64,000 bases of DNA from Clostridia bacterium (GTDB lineage: Bacteria; Bacillota; Clostridia; UMGS1840). The translations under genes were made by a program, and so were the position numbers. Where the stretch lies: assembly GCA_045631485.1 (NCBI GenBank), contig JAZQUU010000028.1:241-64240 (forward strand). Reading direction: 5' to 3'. Below, piece after piece: positions 40,496 to 47,064 of the stretch; position 1 is the stretch's first letter; every line of letters begins with the position of its first letter. The notes under the pieces were generated by a model that saw nothing but the letters and a program-made list of their open reading frames with translations, was not told the origin of the DNA and ran no database searches.

Positions 40496-40662
40496 GCTAA
40501 ATTTTGCACTATCGTGCAAAGCGAAATTATTGCTTTGCAATAGCTAAATTAAATTCGCCAAAGCTGACCGAAGGTCAATTTAGCGTGCGTAGCACATTTA
40601 GCTCGTGCAAGCGAATTTAGCTAAAAAAAGACAGATTTCTTTGAGGTAATCTGTCTTTTTTT
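40496..40662. repeat. Hairpin-array element B (GCTAAAT / ATTTAGC motif)
   Basis: GCTAAAT at 40496 and 40543 (GCGAAAT at 40521); ATTTAGC at 40578, 40596 and 40615; short hairpins between motifs; ends in a terminator-like palindrome. Confidence 0.8.
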
Positions 40663-40663
40663 C

Positions 40664-40737
40664 TGGAGGCGCCACCCAGATTCGAACTGAGGATCAAGGT
40701 GTTGCAGACCGATGCCTTACCACTTGGCTATGGCGCA
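40664..40737 (-). tRNA. tRNA-Cys(GCA), atypical
   Basis: Cloverleaf with CTGCAAC loop, U73 and encoded CCA; U1.C72 and C28.U42 mismatches. Confidence 0.85.
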
Positions 40738-40761
40738 ATATGAAATTGTTTTTTAGTTGAC

Positions 40762-40789
40762 AAAAGGCACAATATTCATTGTGCCTTTT
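40762..40789. terminator. Terminator-like hairpin between tRNA-Gly and tRNA-Cys
   Basis: AAAAGGCACAAT-ATTC-ATTGTGCCTTTT. Confidence 0.65.
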
Positions 40790-40795
40790 ATCAAA

Positions 40796-40870
40796 TGGAG
40801 CGGAAGACGAGATTCGAACTCGCGACGTTCACCTTGGCAAGGTGACGCTCTACCACTGAGCCACTCCCGC
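40796..40870 (-). tRNA. tRNA-Gly(GCC)
   Basis: Canonical cloverleaf, TTGCCAA loop, encoded CCA. Confidence 0.97.
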
Positions 40871-40892
40871 ATATTATGTTTGAAAAAGCTAA

Positions 40893-40968
40893 TGGTGCCT
40901 CCGGGTGGAATCGAACCGCCGACACAGGGATTTTCAGTCCCTTGCTCTACCGACTGAGCTACAGAGGC
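40893..40968 (-). tRNA. tRNA-Phe(GAA)
   Basis: Cloverleaf, CTGAAAA loop, CCA; one C.A mismatch in the T stem. Confidence 0.95.
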
Positions 40969-41010
40969 AAATGTTTGTCACGGCTCAATCTCCAAGGGAA
41001 AAAAGAAAAG

Positions 41011-41087
41011 TGGCGACCTGGAAGGGGATCGAACCCTCGACCTCTAGCGTGACAGGCTAGCGTTCTAACCAGCTGAACTACCAGGCC
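41011..41087 (-). tRNA. tRNA-Asp(GTC)
   Basis: Canonical cloverleaf, CTGTCAC loop, CCA. Confidence 0.97.
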
Positions 41088-41131
41088 ATAATTTCTTTCT
41101 GATAAACCGCTTCGCTTATCAAGCGAAATTG

Positions 41132-41160
41132 ATTATACACTACTTCTTTCCAAAAGTCAA
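41132..41160 (-). promoter_or_regulatory. Sigma-A promoter of the tRNA cluster
   Basis: TTGACT-17-TATAAT on the minus strand, with TG extension. Confidence 0.85.
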
Positions 41161-41346
41161 TACTTTTTTTCAAATTTTTTTAATTTTTTTTATTTTTCTT
41201 GGCAACATCCTTTGAAAACCATTGAAACCAGCGGATTTTCGGAGAAAAAATATTTTTAAAATTTGCTTTATTGTTTTTAAACATCCGATATTTTTCGTCA
41301 AAAACAAGGAAGAATCTACAAATTTGTAAAATTTTGTAAAATTTTA

Positions 41347-41375
41347 TTGACTTTTATATTATCATAAGATATAAT
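41347..41375 (+). promoter_or_regulatory. Sigma-A promoter of the AbrB-family gene
   Basis: TTGACT-17-TATAAT. Confidence 0.8.
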
Positions 41376-41442
41376 ATAGAAAAAGAGAAAAGAAATTCGA
41401 TTTCACCCGATGAATCCAAAATAATATCCAAGGAGAAAAACG

Positions 41443-41850
41443 ATGATTGCAACAGGCTTAACCAGAAGAATTGATAAACTGGGCAGAATCATGGTGCCCA
41501 AAGCCATCCGTAACGAATATGCGATTGCAGAACATACGCCGGTGGAAATTTATACCCGCGGTGAATTTATTGTGATTAAAAAATACACGGTTTCCGACGG
41601 AGACATTCAGTCCCGTTATCATACCGATAATGTGGGACGAATTGTGCTTCCCAAAGCCATCCGCAAACAGTTCGGTCTGGCAGAATGCGATGATTATGTG
41701 GAAATTTTTACCGAGGATAAAAGCATTCTTTTAAAGAAATATGAAAGAAGCTGCGTCATTTGCGGAAATGCGGAGGGGCTGATTCAGATTCGGGATAAAA
41801 AAATCTGCAAGGCGTGTGCGGAAGAAATTGTGAGAAAAGCAGGGAACTGA
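41443..41850 (+). CDS. AbrB/MazE/SpoVT-family regulator with two tandem AbrB domains and a C-terminal CxxC-CxxC
   Basis: RRIDKLGRIMVPKAIR and TDNVGRIVLPKAIR; CVIC...CKAC tail. Confidence 0.85.
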   Translation: MIATGLTRRIDKLGRIMVPKAIRNEYAIAEHTPVEIYTRGEFIVIKKYTVSDGDIQSRYHTDNVGRIVLPKAIRKQFGLAECDDYVEIFTEDKSILLKKYERSCVICGNAEGLIQIRDKKICKACAEEIVRKAGN

Positions 41851-42111
41851 CGAAAAAGATGCAAAGCCGTGACCTATGGTGGGTTGCGGCTTTTTATTGT
41901 TGTAACCTGCCGATTTTGAATTTTTGGTACAAAAAGTCCGCTTTCTACTTAAAAAACGACTTAAAATGCAAATAATCCGACCAAACGTATAAATAAATTG
42001 CAGAAAGAATATGCTAATATAAACGTAACGGAAGTTCCTTTCTTGCTATTTTATATAAATAGAAAAGGGAATTTCAAAAAATCAAAACTATTGAAAGCAG
42101 GGCTGTATGTT

Positions 42112-43191
42112 ATGGCAGATTACAATTTAAAGGAAATCATCGGTAAATTTGATGTTACCGACGGTGCCACTCCTTACGGGAAAGGGCATATCAACGATAC
42201 TTATTTGTCAAATGCGAATGACCCCCGATTCATTTTACAGAGAATTAACAACAATGTGTTCAAACGTCCTCAGGATGTTATGGAAAACATTGTTCGTGTT
42301 ACCGCTCATCTGAAAAAGAAAATCGAAGAAGAAGGCGGCGACCCGAAAAGAGAAACCTTAAACGTTATCAGAACCTACGACGGGGAACCTTTCTATGTAA
42401 CTCCCAAGGGCGATTATTTCAGAATGTATGAGTTTATCGAAGGTGCTCAGACTTATGAAATCGTGGAAGAACCCGTTCATTTTTACAATGCGGCAAAAGC
42501 ATTTGCAAAATTCCAGCAGCGTCTGGCAGATTTTCCTGCAGAACTGCTGCATGAAACTATCCCCTCTTTCCATGATACCACCGTTCGTTTCCAGCAGCTT
42601 AAGGATGCGATTGCGCATGACAGAGCAGGCAGATTAAAAGACGTGCAGGCGGAAGTGGAATTTGCTTTGGCAAGAGAACAGGATACCAAAGTGATTGTGG
42701 ATGCAATCGCAGAAGGAACCGTGCCGCTTCGTGTTACTCATAATGATACCAAATACAACAACATTATGATTGATGATGAAACCGGTCTCGGCATTTGCGT
42801 TATTGACTTGGATACCGTTATGCCCGGCTCCTTACTGTATGACTACGGTGATTCTTTAAGATTCGGTACCAATCCTGCGGATGAAGATGAAAAAGATTTA
42901 TCTAAAGTATATTGTGACTTAAATCTGTTTGAGCAGTTCACCAAAGGTTATATGGAAGAGTTAAAAGACGTAATGACTCCCCGTGAAAAAGAACTGATGC
43001 CTTTCGCAGCAAAACTGATGACCTACGAATGCGGTATCCGTTTCTTAGCCGACTACTTAAACGGCGATACTTACTTTAAAGTAAAACGTCCCGAACATAA
43101 TCTGGACCGTTGCCGTACTCAGTTTAAATTAGTAAAAGATATGGAAGAAAAAGAAGAATTAATGAAGGAGATTGTGAAGAAATATGATTAA
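42112..43191 (+). CDS. nahK: N-acetylhexosamine 1-kinase-like (APH/phosphotransferase family)
   Basis: GHINDTY, HNDTKYNN and VIDLDT motifs; likely start ATG 42112. Confidence 0.72.
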   Translation: MADYNLKEIIGKFDVTDGATPYGKGHINDTYLSNANDPRFILQRINNNVFKRPQDVMENIVRVTAHLKKKIEEEGGDPKRETLNVIRTYDGEPFYVTPKGDYFRMYEFIEGAQTYEIVEEPVHFYNAAKAFAKFQQRLADFPAELLHETIPSFHDTTVRFQQLKDAIAHDRAGRLKDVQAEVEFALAREQDTKVIVDAIAEGTVPLRVTHNDTKYNNIMIDDETGLGICVIDLDTVMPGSLLYDYGDSLRFGTNPADEDEKDLSKVYCDLNLFEQFTKGYMEELKDVMTPREKELMPFAAKLMTYECGIRFLADYLNGDTYFKVKRPEHNLDRCRTQFKLVKDMEEKEELMKEIVKKYD

Positions 43192-44515
43192 ACCTATTTT
43201 AGATCAGGAATTTATCCCTGCAATTGTTTACAACAGAAAATTTTTAGAAACCGCAACCAAACCTCTGCAGATTGCAGTGGAAAGAGAAAACGGCTTAATT
43301 TACCGTTACGACACCAAAATCGGTGACGATAAAGATGCCAACAACTTCTATGTGGAACGTTTAATCAAAATGCTTCTGTGGGCAGTTGGCGGTTTCAAAA
43401 TTTACTTAAACGGCGATAAAGATGTATATGAATACATCAAAGAAGCGTATACTATGGAAGGCTTACGTAAATTTGACGTGGAATTTATGAGCGGCGTTTA
43501 CGAAAATCCCTTCCAGGTGATTTACACCGAAAATATGCCCGAAGAAAAAGGCAATCCCGTTTCCATCGGCCGTCATTTAGACGGATGCCGTATCGGTTTT
43601 GATGCAGGCGGAAGTGATATGAAAGTTTCTGCTGTGGTAGATGGCGAAGTTATTTTCTCCGAAGAAATCGTTTGGTTGCCCAAATTAAACGATGATCCGG
43701 AATATCACTATGAAAACATTCAGAAAGCAATCGACTTAGCAGCTTCCAAAATGCCCAGAGTGGATGCAATCGGTGTTTCCTCCGCAGGTGTTTACATTGC
43801 AAACCGTGCAATGGTTGCTTCCTTATTTATCAAAGTGCCGAAAGATAAATTCAATGCAAGAATCAAAGATATTTATAAAAACATCGCAGGCGATATCCCG
43901 GTTGCAGTTGCAAACGACGGTGACGTTGCTGCATTGGCAGGTGCAATGCACTTAAATAAAAACTCCATCTTAGGTGTTGCAATGGGTACCTCCGAAGCAG
44001 TTGGTTATGTTGACCCCAACGGTAACATCACCGGTTGGTTAAACGAACTTGCTTTCGCTCCCGTTGACTACAATACCGACGCTATGGTGGACGAATGGTC
44101 CGGTGACTTTGGTTGCGGATGCAAATACTTCTCTCAGGATGCAGTTATTAAACTGGCTCCCAAAGCAGGCATCGAACTGCCCGAAGATTTATCTTTGGCA
44201 GAAAAATTAAAAGTGGTTCAGAAATACTTAGCAGAAGGCCACGAAGGCGCTGTTCAGATTTTTGAAACCATCGGTACTTACTTTGGTTATGCAATCGCTT
44301 ACTACAGCGAATTCTATGATATCAACTACCTGCAGATTTTAGGTCGTGTTACCTCCGGTAAAGGCGGCGACATTATCATTGAAAAAGCAAAAGAAGTATT
44401 AAGTCAGGAATTCCCCGAATTGGTAAACAAAGTAAACTTGTATATTCCCGACGAATATGAAAGAAGAGTTGGTCAGTCCATTGCGGCTGCAAGCTTACCC
44501 GAACTGTCCAAATAA
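43184..44515 (+). CDS. ROK-family protein (sugar kinase-like) with a ~135-aa N-terminal extension
   Basis: GFDAGGSD, ANDGDVAALAG and GxGT-like MGTS motifs; no obvious HTH. Confidence 0.8.
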   Translation: MIKPILDQEFIPAIVYNRKFLETATKPLQIAVERENGLIYRYDTKIGDDKDANNFYVERLIKMLLWAVGGFKIYLNGDKDVYEYIKEAYTMEGLRKFDVEFMSGVYENPFQVIYTENMPEEKGNPVSIGRHLDGCRIGFDAGGSDMKVSAVVDGEVIFSEEIVWLPKLNDDPEYHYENIQKAIDLAASKMPRVDAIGVSSAGVYIANRAMVASLFIKVPKDKFNARIKDIYKNIAGDIPVAVANDGDVAALAGAMHLNKNSILGVAMGTSEAVGYVDPNGNITGWLNELAFAPVDYNTDAMVDEWSGDFGCGCKYFSQDAVIKLAPKAGIELPEDLSLAEKLKVVQKYLAEGHEGAVQIFETIGTYFGYAIAYYSEFYDINYLQILGRVTSGKGGDIIIEKAKEVLSQEFPELVNKVNLYIPDEYERRVGQSIAAASLPELSK

Positions 44516-44533
44516 GAAAAGGAGTCTATCACT

Positions 44534-45256
44534 ATGAGAGTTATTGTTTGTGACAACTATGAACAGTTATCCAAAGAAGGTGCAAAACTGTTTGCAAGCC
44601 AGATGATTTTAAAACCCAATTCCGTTTTAGGCTTGGCAACCGGTTCCACCCCCATTGGTCTTTACAAAAACTTAATCGAAATGAACAAAGCAGGCGAAAT
44701 CGACTTTTCCGATATCACCTCCTTTAACTTAGACGAATACTATCCCTTATCTCCCGAAAACGACCAGAGCTACCGTTATTTTATGAACGAAAATCTGTTC
44801 AATTTCGTAAACATTGATAAGGCAAGAACCTTCGTTCCCAACGGTTTATCCGAAAACCCCGAAGAAGAAGGTGCAAACTACGACGCTATGATTGAAAAAG
44901 CAGGCGGCGTGGATATTCAGTTATTAGGGATCGGTCAGAACGGTCACATCGGCTTCAATGAACCTGATGAAAACTTAATTTCCGGTACTCACTTAACCGA
45001 CTTAACCGAAAACACCATCCAGGCAAATTCCCGTTTCTTTAACTCTATCGACGAAGTGCCCACCAAAGCAATTACTATGGGGATGGCAAGCATTATGAGA
45101 GCGAAAAAAATCGTGTTACTCGCAAGTGGTGCAAACAAAAATACCGTGGTTCGTGCATTATTAGACGATAAAATCACCACCAATGTGCCTGCAACCTTAT
45201 TAAAACTCCATCCGGATGTAGTTCTTATCTGTGACAAGGAGGCGTACGGCGAATGA
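44534..45256 (+). CDS. nagB: Glucosamine-6-phosphate deaminase
   Basis: LGLATGSTP, NLDEY and GIGQNGHIGFNEP motifs. Confidence 0.96.
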   Translation: MRVIVCDNYEQLSKEGAKLFASQMILKPNSVLGLATGSTPIGLYKNLIEMNKAGEIDFSDITSFNLDEYYPLSPENDQSYRYFMNENLFNFVNIDKARTFVPNGLSENPEEEGANYDAMIEKAGGVDIQLLGIGQNGHIGFNEPDENLISGTHLTDLTENTIQANSRFFNSIDEVPTKAITMGMASIMRAKKIVLLASGANKNTVVRALLDDKITTNVPATLLKLHPDVVLICDKEAYGE

Positions 45257-46311
45257 TTTTTAAAAATGCGAAAATCAACGGTCAGCTCTGCGACTTCGAA
45301 GTAGTTGACGGAAAATTTGTGAAATTCGGGAAACTGGACGGGGAAGGCACCGACTTAGGCGGTAAAACCGTCATCCCCGGTCTGGTTGACGTACATACTC
45401 ACGGCTGTGTAGGCGGTGACACCATGGATGCTGAATTTGCCGAAATGTGCGATTATTTAGCGAAAAACGGTATCACCTCCTGGTTGCCCACCACCATGAC
45501 CGTTGCCATGGAAGACATTGCAAAAACCATGAATTCTGCAACCGACTGCAAAGGTGCGCAGATTCTTGGTTTCCACATGGAAGGTCCCTACATCAACGTA
45601 AAATACAAAGGCGCTCAGAACGAAAAGTTCATCAAAGCTCCCGATATTGAAGAATTCAAAAAACTGCCCAACGTGAAGATGGTAACCATCGCTCCCGAAG
45701 TGGAAGGCAGTATGGAATTTATCAAAGAAGCAAAAGACCTGTGTGTGGTATCCTTGGGTCACACCGACACTACTTACGACATTGCAATGGAAGCAATCAA
45801 AAACGGTGCAAACTGTTTGACTCACTCCTTTAATGCAATGCCCCCCTTGCATCACAGAAACCCCGGTTTATTGGGTGCAGGGATGGAAACCGGTATCTAT
45901 GCGCAGATTATCTGTGACGGATTACATATCCATAAAGCAGTGATTTTAGCAATGTATAAAATCTTCGGTACCGACAGACTGGTGTTAATCAGTGACTCCA
46001 TGCGTGCAACCGGTATGAGTGACGGTGAATATGAATTCGGCGGACAACCCATCGAAGTGAAAAACGGCGTTGCAAGAACCATGGAAGGCGCTATCGCAGG
46101 AAGCACCACCAACCTGTGGGCTTGCGTAAACAAAGCAGTGGAATTCGGTATTCCCTTTGAGGATGCAGTAAAAATGGCAACCGAAACTCCCGCTACTATG
46201 ATTGGCGTGAACAAAGGTCAGTTAAAAGAAGGATTCGATGCTGACTTTGTGGTGTTAAATGATGATAGAACCATTAGCGGTACCTATATCGCAGGAAATC
46301 TGTATCAGTAA
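45253..46311 (+). CDS. nagA: N-acetylglucosamine-6-phosphate deacetylase
   Basis: PGLVDVHTHG, HMEGPY, SLGHT, THSFNAM and IAGS motifs; ATGA overlap with nagB. Confidence 0.96.
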   Translation: MIFKNAKINGQLCDFEVVDGKFVKFGKLDGEGTDLGGKTVIPGLVDVHTHGCVGGDTMDAEFAEMCDYLAKNGITSWLPTTMTVAMEDIAKTMNSATDCKGAQILGFHMEGPYINVKYKGAQNEKFIKAPDIEEFKKLPNVKMVTIAPEVEGSMEFIKEAKDLCVVSLGHTDTTYDIAMEAIKNGANCLTHSFNAMPPLHHRNPGLLGAGMETGIYAQIICDGLHIHKAVILAMYKIFGTDRLVLISDSMRATGMSDGEYEFGGQPIEVKNGVARTMEGAIAGSTTNLWACVNKAVEFGIPFEDAVKMATETPATMIGVNKGQLKEGFDADFVVLNDDRTISGTYIAGNLYQ

Positions 46312-46335
46312 TATTTTTTGATATTTTTAGTATTC

Positions 46336-46370
46336 AAAAAACACTCCGTGAATTCTCACGGAGTGTTTTT
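46336..46370 (+). terminator. Intrinsic terminator of the nag operon
   Basis: AAAAAACACTCCGTG-AATTCT-CACGGAGTGTTTTT. Confidence 0.88.
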
Positions 46371-46408
46371 GTGTGTGAAGAAAAAATTGTGTCAACCGAC
46401 GGATGTAT

Positions 46409-46601
46409 TGTAGGGGCGTTCACAAACCGCCCGCGGGTCTGGAAAGAATAATGAATAGTGAATAATGAATAATTGCGGTGGCAGGCAAAGCCTGCATTAT
46501 AAAGCCTTCTCCTTGGAGGATGAGGTGGAATTGTAGGGAATAGCCTTCAGGATGTTCCGCCAGAATCATTGGCGGTTCGTCGGAAACCGCCGAACCCTAC
46601 A
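46409..46601. repeat. Composite REP-like cluster
   Basis: TGTAGGG-headed palindromes at 46409-46432 (+), 46532-46559 (+, degenerate) and 46571-46601 (-); also four 7-mers AAT(A)(A/G)T(G/T) at 46447-46474 and further hairpins. Confidence 0.7.
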
Positions 46602-46710
46602 ACACCTCAGAGCCTCTCGTTTTGCGATGAAACCTTTTTACAGGAATTTATCATATTGACTTTATCGGAGCATACTTTTTTATCTTTCGCTAAAAAAATT
46701 CCAAAAAAAT

Positions 46711-46739
46711 TTGACAAATCGGAAATTATGTATTATACT
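46711..46739 (+). promoter_or_regulatory. Sigma-A promoter of the ileS leader
   Basis: TTGACA-17-TATACT. Confidence 0.8.
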
Positions 46740-46781
46740 ATATTTGTAAAACTATGAAAACATAAAACAAAATAGAAAAAA

Positions 46782-47021
46782 ACGATGATAAAGACAGTAC
46801 TGCCTATACAAAAGCTTGGAGCGAGTCGGGTACGGTGTGAGCCGACAGTGAGTAGTTTGGCAGGAAAATCCCTTTGGAGTTGCATTGCCTAACGGTTTTT
46901 AAAAACTCAGTAAGTAATGACGGTATTCCCCGTAACAGGAAGCGTGTATGATGGTGCACGGATAATAGGTGGTTGCAGAAATTGATGAAATTCTGTCCTG
47001 TTATCAGGGCAGAATTTTTTT
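46782..47021 (+). ncRNA. T-box riboswitch, Ile specifier
   Basis: Stem I with AGCGAG...GGTGTGA apical motifs and CTGCC/GGCAG pairing; specifier ATC at 46868-46870; AGGTGGTTGC T-box-like motif ending ~46976; terminator 46988-47021; upstream of ileS. Confidence 0.85.
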
Positions 47022-47064
47022 GTTTCTTTGTTGAAAATAGAGTGATATATAGGAGGAGTACGAA

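Noticed and set aside
40261-40662. Possible CRISPR array
   Set aside because: The repeated words are only 6-7 nt, the spacers are 11-18 nt self-complementary hairpins, the arms are inverted, and there are no cas genes in the window.
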